From an uncultured Acidobacteriota bacterium (GTDB lineage: Bacteria > Acidobacteriota > Terriglobia > Terriglobales > Acidobacteriaceae), in assembly GCA_963696765.1 (NCBI GenBank), contig CAVOLK010000005.1, forward strand, positions 252,851 to 316,850: a stretch of 64,000 nucleotides of DNA. Reading direction: 5' to 3'. Below, piece after piece: positions 1 to 11,523 of the stretch. The translations under genes and the position numbers were made by a program. The notes under the pieces were generated by a model. It saw only the letters and a list, made by a program, of their open reading frames with translations, was not told the DNA's origin and ran no database searches. Numbering within the stretch: position 1 is the stretch's first letter; every line of letters starts with the position of its first letter.

Positions 1-77
1 GGCGAAACCGGAAACGGACGCCGAAATCAAGTTTCCAGAAGGACACGCGGGCCCGGCCCGCGGGTGGGAGAGGCGAA

Positions 78-2116
78 ATGCGAAAGCAACAAGTGACCAT
101 GTTCGTATCGTTGCTGCTGTTGGTGGTGGCTGCATCCGCGCAAACACCGACCCAGCTCGATCGAGTCAACGTAGTCCGGGGTACGGACGACATCCGCGTG
201 GAGATGACCTCCAAGGGCACTCTCACGCCAAAGCTCAGCGCGCTGGACTCACCCGCTCGCGTGGTGGTGGATTTGCCGGAAACCGTCATGGCGACCGGAC
301 AGAAGCACATCACCGTGGGCGCGGCTGGCGTCAAGGACGTGCGCATTGGCATGGACGGCCAGACGCATCCTTCGACCCGCGTCGTCGTCGACCTCGATCA
401 AGCCTGCGCTTACGAGTTGACGCCCGGTCCTGCCGGGAAGCTGGTCCTGACGCTGCATACCAACGCAGTCGCCAAGGCCGCTGCAGCGACGACCACGGTC
501 GCCACACAATCCGCGACCAAGGCTGAAGCGCCCGCAACGAAAGAAGTTGCGAAGGACTCTTCGCCCACCGACTTTGTTTTTGTTGAGCCTTCTTATCAGG
601 CCAAGAGCCAGGCGAGCGACGTGAAGAAAGACGACGCCGCCCAGCGCCTCGGAAGACCAGCCCACGGTTCGCGCCCAGGAAGCTGCCGCACGGTTCTCCG
701 ACAAGACTGCCGCAGAATTGCTTCCGGTGAGCGCTCACGCTGCCCAGGCGCAGAACAGCCAACACCATCACGCCCGCGGTCAATCTCGCGGCTGAGCAGA
801 AAGCTCAAGCCGGACAAGCCGCTGCCGTAACCGGACCGAAGTATACCGGCGAGCCGATCTCGGTGAACTTGAAAGATGTCGACCTGAAAGATTTCTTCCG
901 TCTGATTCACGAAATCAGCGGCCTGAACGTCGTGCTCGATCCTAATGTGCACGGCACGCTGACCGTTGTGCTCGATGATGTGCCGTGGGATCAGGCGCTC
1001 GACATCGTGCTCAAGAACAACGACCTGGCCCGCGAGCTGGAAGGCAACGTTCTTCGCATCGCCACCGTCGAAACTCTGAAGCATGAAGCCGACTCTCGCC
1101 GCGCGCAGATCGAATCGGAAACGCTGGCGGTTGAGAAAGTTTCGGTCACCCGCTTCCTGAGCTATGCCAAGGCGAAAGACGTCATCATTACCGTAAAGAA
1201 GTTCCTCTCGCAGCGCGGCGATGTGGTGGCTGACGATCGCACCAACGCCGTCATCATCAACGATATTCCCAAAGTGCTTCCCACCATCGACCGCCTGCTG
1301 ACGCAGCTGGATCGCAAGACGCAGGAAGTCGAAATCGAAGCGCGCGTGGTGGCTGCCACACGGCAGTTTGCCCGCGACATCGGCACCCAGTTCGGATTTG
1401 GCTGGGGCAATGGACACAGCGCCATCGGCGGAAACCAGCAGGTGGGGTCGTCGCCAACTTCGGTCACTCTGCCGGGCCAGGGCCCGGGTTACATCACGGT
1501 GCCGGGTTCAGGCGGCGCGAGCAGCGGCGGGTCCTCCATTCCCTTGTTCTCGAACCTGGGATCGACTTCGCCCACCAGCGGCCTGAGCTTTGTGAACGCT
1601 AGCAGCAACGTGCGAATCGACGCCATTCTTTCACTGGCCGAGTCGCGCGGCTTGCTGAAAGTTCTCTCGCGACCGCGAGTGGTTACCCAGAACAACATTC
1701 AAGCCTTGGTTAAGCAGGGCGTGCGCGTGCCGATCGTGACGCAAGCGCAGTTGGGCGGTCCTCCGACCGTAACTTACATTGACGCCTTCCTGCGCTTGAC
1801 GGTTACTCCGCAGATCACTTCGGAGAACACCATCTTCCTGAACGTCGACGTGGAAAACACCACGCCGAACTTCGGTCAGCAAGTGCAGGGCAACCCGGAA
1901 CTCATCACCCAGCAGGCGACCACGCAAGTGCTGGTCACTGACGGCGGCACGGTGGTGATTGGCGGCGTTATCCAGACGCAGAACTCGGTCAGCATTAATC
2001 AGGTGCCAGTGCTGGGCAACATCCCATACCTCGGAAACCTGTTCAAGCACACGCAAGTATCCACCACCAACCAGGAGCTGATTTTCTTCATCACGCCGCG
2101 AATTATCCAGACATAA
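78..2116 (+). pseudogene. pilQ: Type IV pilus secretin PilQ (signal peptide, AMIN domain, secretin domain); reading frame broken twice
   Basis: ORF 78-830 gives a signal peptide and an AMIN-like N-terminus (ARVVVDLPETV, VRIGMDGQ..TRVVVDL), but its last ~60 aa are Arg-rich out-of-frame text. ORF 863-2116 gives the N0/secretin part (VLSRPRVVTQNN, PVLGNIPYLGNLF). YTGEPISVNLKDV continues upstream of 863, and a plausible Ala/Gln linker runs in the third frame at ~625-780. SD GGAGAGG precedes ATG 78. Confidence 0.8.
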
Positions 2117-2136
2117 GCAGCGAGTCGAAGATTGAA

Positions 2137-2179
2137 GCCGCCAGCCTGAAGAACCTGTCAGGCTGGCGGTTTTGTTTTT
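2137..2179 (+). terminator. Intrinsic terminator after pilQ
   Basis: GCCGCCAGCC-N14-GGCTGGCGG hairpin followed by TTTTGTTTTT, about 20 nt after the pilQ stop. Confidence 0.75.
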
Positions 2180-2197
2180 AATGCGAGTGGTTAAATC

Positions 2198-2358
2198 TGA
2201 GTTCTCAGTTCTCGGTTCTCAGTTCTCAGTTCTCAGTTAAGGCGCGCGGTTGTGTAATCTGATCTGTATCGAATGAGCCTTTAACGCCTGGTAGGAACGT
2301 GACAACTGCTCTTGCCTCTTCTGAGAACTGAGAACTGAGAACTGAGAACTGAGAACTG
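2198..2358. repeat. Inverted tandem-heptamer arrays (GTTCTCA)n ... (TGAGAAC)n with an 82-nt spacer
   Basis: About 5.5 copies of GTTCTCA at 2198-2238 and about 5.5 copies of the reverse complement TGAGAAC at 2321-2358. The arms are complementary over ~38 nt with one mismatch. The right arm ends 15 nt before the pepP-like ATG. Confidence 0.9.
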
Positions 2359-2373
2359 CTAGACTCAGCAGCA

Positions 2374-3462
2374 ATGGATTTCCGCACGCGTCAGAAAAAA
2401 CTGCAAGAGCATCTCTCCGCCACCCGGTTCGATGCTTTGTTGATCAGTCATCTTCCCAACATCCATTACCTTTGCGGTTTTACCGGCAGCGCCGGACTGC
2501 TGCTCGTGGAGGAGACTGGCAGCGTTTTCTTTACCGATGTTCGCTACGACACTCAGGCCCACGAAGAAGTGAAGGGCGCGAAGGTGGTGATTCCGCGCAA
2601 ATCGTTGTTGGCAGGTTTCGGCGAATGGCTGGGAAAGCGGCGCAAGCGGGCTGGCGGATTGGCAATCGGCATTGAGGCCGAGCACTTCACCGTCGCCGAA
2701 AAGAAGCGTCTATCTGAGTCATTACCGTCGGGCGTAAGGCTGAAGGATGCGCCCTCAGTCGTCGAACGGGCGCGCATGGTGAAAGACGCCGACGAGTTAA
2801 AGCGAATCCGCGCCGCGGTCGCGCTGGGAGCGAAATTATTTGACCGCGCACTCGAAGTGCTGCGCCCAGGAGTAAAGGAAACTGACGTTGCCGGAGAGAT
2901 GGAATTTGCCGCACGCCAAGGCGGTGCGGAGGCGATGTCTTTCCCGACGATCATTGCTTCGGGAGCGCGGTCTGCGCTGCCGCACGGCCGCGCTACCGAT
3001 CAGCCCATTGCGGCCGGCGGATTCGTCGTCTGCGACTTCGGTGTTATACTTGAGGGTTATTGTTCAGACCAGACGCGCACCGTGTGGGTGGGGTCCGTAC
3101 CGAGCGAAGCCCGCCGGGCTTATGAGGCGGTAAAGGAAAGCCAGCAGGCGGCAATCGAGGCTGTGCGGCCTGGCATCACGGTCGGCGAGGTCGATGCGGC
3201 CGCTCGTAAGGTATTGCGCAAGGCCGGATTGGGGCGCTACTTTACCCATTCCACGGGGCACGGAGTGGGGCTCGAAATTCACGAAGCTCCTCGAGTCGCC
3301 CAGGGTCAGAAGGAAATTCTGCAGCCGGGGATGGTCATCACCATCGAGCCCGGAGTATACTTCCCCGGCAAATGGGGCATCAGGATCGAGGACATGGTCG
3401 CGGTTACGGCTGACGGGTGCGAGGTTCTGACGCCGACCAGCAAAGAATTTTTGGCAGTTTAG
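2374..3462 (+). CDS. Xaa-Pro aminopeptidase / M24 family metallopeptidase
   Basis: 362-aa intact ORF with a creatinase-like N-domain plus M24 core motifs: DFGVILEGYCSDQTRT, HSTGHGVGLEIHEAP, ITIEPGVY, IRIEDMV. Confidence 0.85.
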   Translation: MDFRTRQKKLQEHLSATRFDALLISHLPNIHYLCGFTGSAGLLLVEETGSVFFTDVRYDTQAHEEVKGAKVVIPRKSLLAGFGEWLGKRRKRAGGLAIGIEAEHFTVAEKKRLSESLPSGVRLKDAPSVVERARMVKDADELKRIRAAVALGAKLFDRALEVLRPGVKETDVAGEMEFAARQGGAEAMSFPTIIASGARSALPHGRATDQPIAAGGFVVCDFGVILEGYCSDQTRTVWVGSVPSEARRAYEAVKESQQAAIEAVRPGITVGEVDAAARKVLRKAGLGRYFTHSTGHGVGLEIHEAPRVAQGQKEILQPGMVITIEPGVYFPGKWGIRIEDMVAVTADGCEVLTPTSKEFLAV

Positions 3463-3576
3463 TCTTCTTATTAATGTATCGCCGGACAGACTCCGCATTC
3501 CGGCAGCTTCGCGCAGCCGGGGACCGCGGCGCGGATTTTGTTCGTAGTACGCAGCAAAGAGTCCCACCCTACGCGA

Positions 3577-4074
3577 ATGAATTCAAAAGAGCTGAAAGAA
3601 CTAATCGAATTTTTAATCGAGAAGGATATCGCCGAGTTTGAACTGGAGCGCGGCGATGTCAAAGTCCGGATCAAACGCGCCGGCGAACACACCGTTGTTC
3701 ATAGCCATGGCGAGCCCCGCTTTTATGCGGTGCCTCCGGCGCCCGAGTCCGCGGCCGTGCCCTTGGTGGTGGCGGCGCCCGCTGCTCCGGCACCCGCGGC
3801 TGCTCCCGCCGCTCCCGCTCCCGAGGAGGGCCTTCATACTGTGAAGTCTCCCATCGTCGGAACCTTCTACGAAGCACCCTCGCCGGGCGCTCCGCCGTTT
3901 GTGAAAGTGGGAGACGGCGTTGAAGTGGGGCAGGTGCTGTGCATCGTCGAAGCCATGAAGCTGCTCAATGAAATCGAATCCGACTTTGCCGGGGAGATCG
4001 TTAAGAAGCTGGCGGTCAATGGCCAGCCCATCGAATATGGCCAGGAACTGTTCGTGATCCGGCCCAAGAAGTAG
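3577..4074 (+). CDS. accB: Acetyl-CoA carboxylase biotin carboxyl carrier protein
   Basis: Ala/Pro-rich linker and a C-terminal biotinyl domain with the motif [15 protein letters not shown]. Start [13 protein letters not shown] at 3577 is preferred over the ORF-track start 3538. Confidence 0.9.
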   Translation: MNSKELKELIEFLIEKDIAEFELERGDVKVRIKRAGEHTVVHSHGEPRFYAVPPAPESAAVPLVVAAPAAPAPAAAPAAPAPEEGLHTVKSPIVGTFYEAPSPGAPPFVKVGDGVEVGQVLCIVEAMKLLNEIESDFAGEIVKKLAVNGQPIEYGQELFVIRPKK

Positions 4075-4084
4075 GTGTGCTCCA

Positions 4085-4196
4085 TTGTTGATTGTTGATT
4101 TTTGATTGCCGATTGGAAAACGCCCCGTGTTGTCACTCCCAATCAGGGATCGGCGTTTCAATCAACAATCATCAATCAACAATCAACAATTTTTTT
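4085..4196 (+). terminator. ~40-bp imperfect hairpin built from inverted heptamer arrays (ATTGTTG / CAATCAA) followed by T7; terminator- or attenuator-like, between accB and accC
   Basis: Left arm attgttgattgttgatttttgattgccgattggaaaacgcc. The reverse complement of the right arm is attgttgattgttgattgatgattgttgattgaaacgcc. Loop ~26 nt, then ttttttt at 4190-4196. Confidence 0.7.
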
Positions 4197-4218
4197 GAGA
4201 GCCGAAAACTGAGACTGC

Positions 4219-5574
4219 ATGTTCAAGAAAATCCTGGTAGCCAATCGTGGGGAGATCGCACTGCGCGTGATTTGCGCGTGCAAGGAACTGGGCATTCGCA
4301 CGGTCGCGATTTACAGCGAGGCCGACCGCAACTCGTTGCCTGTGCGCTTTGCCGATGAGGCCATTTGCATTGGGCCGCCGCAGCTTGCGCTCAGCTACCT
4401 GAATATTCCCGCAGTCATCAGCGCGGCAGAAATCGCCAACGTGGAAGCGGTGCATCCCGGCTACGGATTGCTCGCGGAAAATGCCAACTTCGCCGAAGTC
4501 TGCGAGACCTGCGGCATTAAGTTCATTGGCCCGCGCCCGGAAGTGACGCGCCTGATGGGCGAGAAAGAAAAAGCCCGTGCCGCCATGAAGCGGGCGGGAG
4601 TGCCCATCCTGCCCGGCTCCGACGGCATCATCGCTTCGGACGGCGAGGCGGTCGAGTGGGCGCGGCAGGTCGGCTTCCCGGTCATCGTGAAAGCTTCGGC
4701 AGGCGGCGGCGGGCGCGGCATGCGCATCGTGCGCAACGAAGAAGAACTGCCCGGCTTGTTCAGGGCGGCGCAGGCCGAGGCTGCGGGCGCTTTCGGCAAC
4801 GGCGATCTCTACATGGAAAAATATGTCGAGCATCCCCGCCACATCGAATTTCAGGTGCTGGCCGATGAGCATGGCAACGTCGTCAGCCTGGGCGAGCGCG
4901 AATGTTCCATCCAGCGCCGTCACCAGAAGTTGCTGGAAGAATCGCCTTCCACGCAGGTCACGCCCGAATTGCGCGATCAGATTGGCGCGGTGCTGTGCAA
5001 GTCGCTGGCCGCGATCGGCTACAGCAACGCCGGTACCATTGAATTTCTGATGGACCAGGATCGCAAGCTTCATTTCATCGAAATGAATACTCGCATTCAG
5101 GTGGAGCATCCCGTCACGGAAATGGTGACCGACGTCGACCTGGTGAAGAGCCAGATCATGATCGCCGCCGGCGCGAAGATGAGCGACGTGCTGCAGGGGC
5201 CGATCATCCATCGCGGGCATGCCATCGAATGCCGCATCAACGCCGAGCATCCGGAGAAATTTACGCCATCGGCAGGGAAGATCACGGCCTTCAATCCTCC
5301 CGGAGGCACAGGGGTGCGCGTCGACACGGCGGCTTACGCCGAGGGCGTGATTCCGCCCTATTACGACTCGCTGATTGCCAAGCTGATTGTGCGCGGCAAA
5401 GACCGCGCCGAGGCCGTTTCGCGCATGTCGCGCGCGCTGGAAATGTTTATCGTCGAGGGCATCTACACTACGATTCCGCTGCACCGGAAGATTCTCGCCG
5501 ACGAAGATTTCCGGGCAGGGAAGATCGATACCGGATTCATCGAGCGCTTCCTGAAGAAAAACAGTCACACGTAG
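4219..5574 (+). CDS. accC: Acetyl-CoA carboxylase biotin carboxylase subunit
   Basis: 451-aa intact ORF: [42 protein letters not shown]; directly downstream of accB. Confidence 0.95.
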   Translation: MFKKILVANRGEIALRVICACKELGIRTVAIYSEADRNSLPVRFADEAICIGPPQLALSYLNIPAVISAAEIANVEAVHPGYGLLAENANFAEVCETCGIKFIGPRPEVTRLMGEKEKARAAMKRAGVPILPGSDGIIASDGEAVEWARQVGFPVIVKASAGGGGRGMRIVRNEEELPGLFRAAQAEAAGAFGNGDLYMEKYVEHPRHIEFQVLADEHGNVVSLGERECSIQRRHQKLLEESPSTQVTPELRDQIGAVLCKSLAAIGYSNAGTIEFLMDQDRKLHFIEMNTRIQVEHPVTEMVTDVDLVKSQIMIAAGAKMSDVLQGPIIHRGHAIECRINAEHPEKFTPSAGKITAFNPPGGTGVRVDTAAYAEGVIPPYYDSLIAKLIVRGKDRAEAVSRMSRALEMFIVEGIYTTIPLHRKILADEDFRAGKIDTGFIERFLKKNSHT

Positions 5575-5694
5575 CGGCGGACGCATTCGTCCGCCGTGGG
5601 ATGGAGAAGGCCGGAGCACTCTTCGGATCCTCCAGCTTTGCGGTTTGTACATGACCTACTAGTTCTGGAAAATTCTCCGGACGAATGCGTCCGG
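5575..5694. repeat. Small palindromic repeat element with paired terminal hairpins
   Basis: Hairpin CGGCGGACG-catt-CGTCCGCCG (5575-5596) and hairpin CCGGACG-aatg-CGTCCGG (5677-5694). The cores are reverse complements of each other and bracket ~80 nt between accC and thiE. Confidence 0.6.
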
Positions 5695-5707
5695 GGCTAC
5701 GTGATTT

Positions 5708-6338
5708 ATGATTGTCCTTCCGCGCCTCTACGCCATCGTGGATTCATCCGCTCGCCAGTCGACTCAGGATCTGCTCGCCTATGCGGAGGAACTCGCCGCC
5801 GCGGGTTGCACCCTGATGCAATACCGCAACAAGAGCGGCAACGCACGTGTGATGCTGGAGCAGGCGCGGGAATTGCGACGGCAGTCGCGGGCAGGAGTGC
5901 CCGCGCCACACGTGCGGCTGATCATGAATGATCGGGCTGACTTGTGCCTCGCCGCCGACTTCGATGGAGTGCACGTCGGGCAGGATGATCTTGTCTCCCG
6001 AGTCTGTCCGAGGCATCATCGGCCCGGACCGCTGGCTCGGAGTATCCACGCACAATCCCGAGCAACTGCGCGAGGCAGATTTGACTTCTGCTGATTATCT
6101 TGCCATCGGCCCTGTGTTTTCCACTTCCAGCAAAGAGAAGCCCGATCCGGTCATCGGCCTTGAAGGCGTCCGCCGGGCGCGGCAATTGACCCGCAAGCCG
6201 CTGATTGCCATCGGCGGGATCACGCGGGCTAATGCAGCGTCTGTCATTGAGGCCGGGGCCGATTCGGTCGCGGTGATATCTGACTTGTTACGGGAGCCCC
6301 GCAAATCAGCAGAGGAATTTTTCCGCATATTGCGGTAA
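5708..6338 (+). pseudogene. thiE: Thiamine-phosphate synthase, one frame break near 5990
   Basis: ORF 5708-6094 reads LYAIVDS...IMNDRADLCLAADFDGVHVGQDDL. ORF 5928-6338 continues SPESVRGIIG..GVSTHNPEQL..DYLAIGPVFSTSSK..IAIGGI. The span is 631 nt (3n+1), i.e. a net +1. Confidence 0.85.
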
Positions 6339-6446
6339 AGTTCTCAGCATCGTTATTGGCTTGTCAGATGTTCAAAAGCATTCGCAGGACAAGTCAGGGT
6401 CCCCGTGAGAACGCCGGTAAGGGCCGCGGGTGATGCTGGCAGGCAC

Positions 6447-6509
6447 GGGGTCCTTCGACTCCGTAACGATTTCGCTTGCAGCGAAATCGTTACTCCGCTC
6501 AGGATGACA
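6447..6509. repeat. Dispersed palindromic repeat, family 1 (GTCATCC[CT]GAGCG ... hairpin ... GAAGGACC type)
   Basis: Contains the perfect hairpin gtaacgatttcgc-ttgca-gcgaaatcgttac and the terminal motif ctcaggatgaca. Same architecture at 13394-13454, 48363-48421 and inside 28814-29016 and 43228-43428. Confidence 0.7.
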
Positions 6510-6520
6510 AGCTAGAGTGT

Positions 6521-6627
6521 GACCAATGACTAGCGACGTAAGGACGTAACGACCGACGACGAACGACGAACGACGAACGACCAACGACCAACGACGTAAC
6601 GACCGAGGACCAACGACGAACGATCGA
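6521..6627. repeat. Tandem heptamer array (ACGACGA / ACGACCA units, ~15 copies)
   Basis: gaccgacgacgaacgacgaacgacgaacgaccaacgaccaacgacgtaacgacc...; single orientation, immediately upstream of the first permease gene. Confidence 0.85.
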
Positions 6628-6712
6628 ACCCGGAGGCTTCCTGAGTACATCGACCACGCGACCGCCCGCCAGCAGCGACTGGGACATCCACAGTCATCAG
6701 GACAAGGAACTG

Positions 6713-8218
<1,506 letters not shown>

Positions 8219-8240
8219 GATCCAAGGAGAAACCAAACGG

Positions 8241-9716
8241 ATGGCAAATCTGTTCGCAAAAAAAGACCTGCCCACACTGATGAAAGAAGCGGTTGAAGTT
8301 GAAGGCGAACAGAGCCTGCGGCGCGCCCTCGGTCCGCTCAACCTGTTGACCCTGGGCATCGGCGCGATTATTGGGGCTGGCATTTTTGTGATCACGGGGC
8401 AGGCGGCGGCGCAATTTGCCGGGCCGGCGATTGTGATCTCTTTCGTGCTGGCTGGGATTGCTTGCGCGTTCGCGGGGCTCTGCTACGCCGAGTTTGCGTC
8501 GATGATCCCGATCGCGGGCAGCGCCTACACTTACTCCTACGCCACGCTGGGAGAGTTGGTCGCCTGGATTATTGGCTGGGACCTGATTCTGGAATATGCC
8601 TTTGGCGCAGCCACCGTCGCGGTCGGTTGGAGCGGCCACTTACGAGCATTTCTGCACGATCTTGGCTGGAACATGCCGCCGTTTCCGACCTCCGATTTCA
8701 TGCTGTTCGGTACGCCTGTGCATCTGAAGTATGACTATGTGGGATTTGTGGTGATCATGGTGATCACCACGATTCTGGTGATCGGCATCAAGGAATCGGC
8801 GAACTTCACCACCGCTGTCGTAATTATGAAGGTCGCGGTGGTCTGTATGTTTATCGTTCTCGCGGCTGCGTTTTTGTTTTCGCATTCATGGAAGCCGAAC
8901 TACTGGCACCCGTTCATTCCCGCGAATACCGGCGAGTGGGGACACTTTGGATGGTCCGGAATTTTGCGCGGAGCTGGGGTTGTGTTCTTCGCGTATATCG
9001 GTTTCGATGCAGTTTCCACCGCCGCACAAGAGGCCAAGAATCCGAAGAAAGATATGCCGCTGGGGATTCTGGGTTCACTTGTGATTTGCACCGTGCTCTA
9101 TATTTTGGTGTCCGGTCTGTTGACTCATATTGTTCCTTACCAGCAGCTTAATGTGCCCGATCCGGTGGTCGTCGGAATCCGGGTCACCGGTCAGCAATGG
9201 GCTACGTTTCTCGTGGAAATTGGCGCGCTCGGCGGTTTGGCGACAGTGATGCTGGTGATGTTGCTAGGGCAATCGCGCGTCTTCTACTCGATGTCGCGGG
9301 ATGGTTTGCTCTGGCCCTGGGCCGGGAAGATTCATCCAAAGTTTCGCACACCGTATCTGAGTTCCATTGTCGTGGGAATTTTCGTTGCCATCCTGGCCAC
9401 GATCATTCCGCTCAATGTGCTGGATGAAATGACAAGCGTGGGAACGCTCCTCGCTTTTGTGCTGGTCAGTGCGGGGGTGTGGGTGATGCGCCGGACACAT
9501 CCCGAACTAAACCGTCCATTCAGAACTCCGATGGTGCCGCTGGTTCCGATCCTCTCGATTCTCTTCTCCGGAGCGCTTATCGTGTTTCTATCCCCAGCCA
9601 CGCAAATTCGGCTGGTGGTCTGGCTGATCATCGGACTGGCGATCTACTTTACCTACGGACGCAAGCACAGCAAAGTGCAGGCTCAAGTGGCGAATGGAAC
9701 CTTGCCGCCTCGATGA
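8241..9716 (+). CDS. APC-superfamily amino acid permease (cationic amino acid transporter-like)
   Basis: LLTLGIGAIIGAGIFVITG, CYAEFASMIPIAGSAYTYSY, WDLILEYA. ATG 8241 (MANLFAKKD) with AAGGAG ~11 nt upstream is preferred over ORF-track start 8193, which overlaps the previous gene. Confidence 0.85.
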   Translation: MANLFAKKDLPTLMKEAVEVEGEQSLRRALGPLNLLTLGIGAIIGAGIFVITGQAAAQFAGPAIVISFVLAGIACAFAGLCYAEFASMIPIAGSAYTYSYATLGELVAWIIGWDLILEYAFGAATVAVGWSGHLRAFLHDLGWNMPPFPTSDFMLFGTPVHLKYDYVGFVVIMVITTILVIGIKESANFTTAVVIMKVAVVCMFIVLAAAFLFSHSWKPNYWHPFIPANTGEWGHFGWSGILRGAGVVFFAYIGFDAVSTAAQEAKNPKKDMPLGILGSLVICTVLYILVSGLLTHIVPYQQLNVPDPVVVGIRVTGQQWATFLVEIGALGGLATVMLVMLLGQSRVFYSMSRDGLLWPWAGKIHPKFRTPYLSSIVVGIFVAILATIIPLNVLDEMTSVGTLLAFVLVSAGVWVMRRTHPELNRPFRTPMVPLVPILSILFSGALIVFLSPATQIRLVVWLIIGLAIYFTYGRKHSKVQAQVANGTLPPR

Positions 9717-9746
9717 GAATCTGACCGATCTTTCCTCTAATCATTT

Positions 9747-9782
9747 CGGCCCTCCGCACGGCGCGGAGGGCCGTTTTGTTTT
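9747..9782 (+). terminator. Intrinsic terminator after the second permease
   Basis: CGGCCCTCCGC-acgg-GCGGAGGGCCG followed by TTTTGTTTT. Confidence 0.8.
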
Positions 9783-9787
9783 AACAT

Positions 9788-9883
9788 CGGTCGTGGAATG
9801 ATCGTTGGTCAATAGCCGTTGGTCGTTGGCCAAGCACCGCAAATTTAAACGCTACAACGACCAACGACCAACGACGAACGACC
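9788..9883. repeat. Inverted heptamer arrays (TTGGTCG-type / CGACCAA-type)
   Basis: Left arm cggtcgtggaatgatcgttggtcaatagccgttggtcgttggcc (9788-9831); right arm acaacgaccaacgaccaacgacgaacgacc (9854-9883). Same unit as the array at 6521-6627. Confidence 0.8.
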
Positions 9884-9895
9884 TGGAATTGCCCC

Positions 9896-11464
9896 ATGAA
9901 AATTGTTACCGCGGCAGAAATGCGCGAGATTGATCGCGCCACAAGTGAGCGCTTCGGCGTGCCCTCGCTAACGCTGATGGAAAATGCGGGGGCCGCGGTC
10001 GCCGAGCATGTGCTTTCGCATTACGCTGACGCCGAAAAGATCGTCGTCTTCTGCGGCAAGGGCAATAATGGCGGCGACGGATTCGTCGCGGCGCGGCACT
10101 TACATCAAGCGGGCAAAGCAGTTCAGGTCATCCTGCTGGCCGATCGCGTGGACCTGCACGGCGACGCTGCGGCCATGTTCGAGAAACGTCTGCTGCCGGC
10201 GGTCGCAGCCCACTCCATCGAAGATTTTCGCGGCGAGCAAGTGCGGCTCGCGCTCCCCGCGGATTTATATGTGGACGCGATTCTCGGCACCGGCTTTAAG
10301 CCGCCGGTCACCGGCCTCTACGCTGAGGCCATCGCATTTCTGAATTCGACTAAAGTTCCTGTGGTGGCAGTCGACATTCCTTCTGGCGCCGACGCGGATG
10401 CGATGGCTCCGCAGCAGGGAACTATCGCGCGCGCCGATTCGATCATTACATTCACTGCGCCGCGGCCCGCGCACGTTTTCAGCTCGCTGGCTAAGGGGCC
10501 CACATGCGTCGCCGAAATCGGTTCGCCGCCCGAGGCGATTGTTTCGGCGCTGCACCTCAACGTGATCACGCCTCGCGACTTCGCGCCGCTGATCGGCCCG
10601 CGTCCGGCGGATTCGAACAAAGGCAAATATGGGCACGTGCTGGTCGTCGGCGGATCGAAGGGCAAGGCGGGTTCGGTTGCAATGGCTGGCATGTCCGCGC
10701 TGCGCGCTGGCGCCGGATTATCTACCGTGGCGACGGCCGAGTCGGTGCTGTCGACCGTTGCCGGGTTCCATCCCGAACTGATGACCGAACCGCTGAAAGA
10801 AACAATCGATGGCACGATCGCGAACTCCACGTTCGAGCAATTGCAAGCGCTCGTGAAGGGCAAAAGCGTTTTGGCAATCGGTCCGGGAATTTCGCAATTT
10901 CCCGAAACGTCCGAGCTTGTTCGAACTTTGCTGCGCGAGCTTGATGTTCCAATCGTGCTCGACGCCGATGGGCTGAACGCATTCGACGGTCGCACGGAAG
11001 AGTTAAGCGGCAAAGGCCGGCTGCTCGTGATTACTCCGCATCCCGGCGAGATGGCGCGGCTGGTGGGAAGTTCCGTCGCCGACGTGCAGAAAGATCGCCT
11101 GGGCATCGCGCGGAAGTTCGCTCGCGAGCATGACCTGATTGTCGTCCTCAAGGGCAATCGCACGCTCGTAGTTCAGCCGGATGGCGAAGCCTGGGTCAAC
11201 ACGACGGGCAATCCTGGAATGTCGACGGGAGGCACCGGCGACATTCTCACTGGGATGGTTGCGGGCATGATTGCGCAACGCCCGAACGACGCGTTGTTGG
11301 CGGTGATTGCTGCGGTTCATCTACACGGCCTAGCGGGCGATGTCATGCGCGAAAGTGTGGGCGAGCATTCGATGGTCGCGACCGATCTGCTGCGCGGTTT
11401 GCCGGAAGCCTTCTTGCGCGCCCAGAAACACGCACAGGACAAGTTCGTATGTTGGACCGGCTGA
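9896..11464 (+). CDS. nnr: Bifunctional NAD(P)H-hydrate repair enzyme (epimerase + ADP-dependent dehydratase)
   Basis: 522-aa intact ORF with an N-terminal YjeF_N domain (FCGKGNNGGDGFVAAR) and a C-terminal kinase-fold dehydratase (KGKYGHVLVVGGS, TGGTGDILTGMVAGM). Confidence 0.9.
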   Translation: MKIVTAAEMREIDRATSERFGVPSLTLMENAGAAVAEHVLSHYADAEKIVVFCGKGNNGGDGFVAARHLHQAGKAVQVILLADRVDLHGDAAAMFEKRLLPAVAAHSIEDFRGEQVRLALPADLYVDAILGTGFKPPVTGLYAEAIAFLNSTKVPVVAVDIPSGADADAMAPQQGTIARADSIITFTAPRPAHVFSSLAKGPTCVAEIGSPPEAIVSALHLNVITPRDFAPLIGPRPADSNKGKYGHVLVVGGSKGKAGSVAMAGMSALRAGAGLSTVATAESVLSTVAGFHPELMTEPLKETIDGTIANSTFEQLQALVKGKSVLAIGPGISQFPETSELVRTLLRELDVPIVLDADGLNAFDGRTEELSGKGRLLVITPHPGEMARLVGSSVADVQKDRLGIARKFAREHDLIVVLKGNRTLVVQPDGEAWVNTTGNPGMSTGGTGDILTGMVAGMIAQRPNDALLAVIAAVHLHGLAGDVMRESVGEHSMVATDLLRGLPEAFLRAQKHAQDKFVCWTG

Positions 11465-11523
11465 GTGGAAGGTCGCCAGGGAAGCACGTGCCCTGCGATG
11501 TCGTGGAAGAGGAACTGCTGTAA

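Noticed and set aside
2198-2358. Possible CRISPR array (also considered for the other tandem arrays)
   Set aside because: The period is 7 nt (15 nt at two loci) with no unique spacers between units, the arrays come as inverted pairs, and no cas genes are in the window.
4183-5652. 489-aa minus-strand ORF across accC. Similar long antisense ORFs: 596-1417, 6530-7375, 10318-11163, 13619-14749, 22640-23845, 30784-31761, 33285-34481, 36099-36959, 49867-50832.
   Set aside because: Each lies antisense to a gene with clear family motifs. The translations are Arg/Ala/Gly/His-rich low-information text typical of the reverse frame of high-GC genes, with no recognisable motifs.
5575-5707. TPP riboswitch upstream of thiE
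   Set aside because: The conserved CUGAGA / ACCUGA-type THI-box core is absent. The region is instead a small palindromic repeat with two mutually complementary hairpins.
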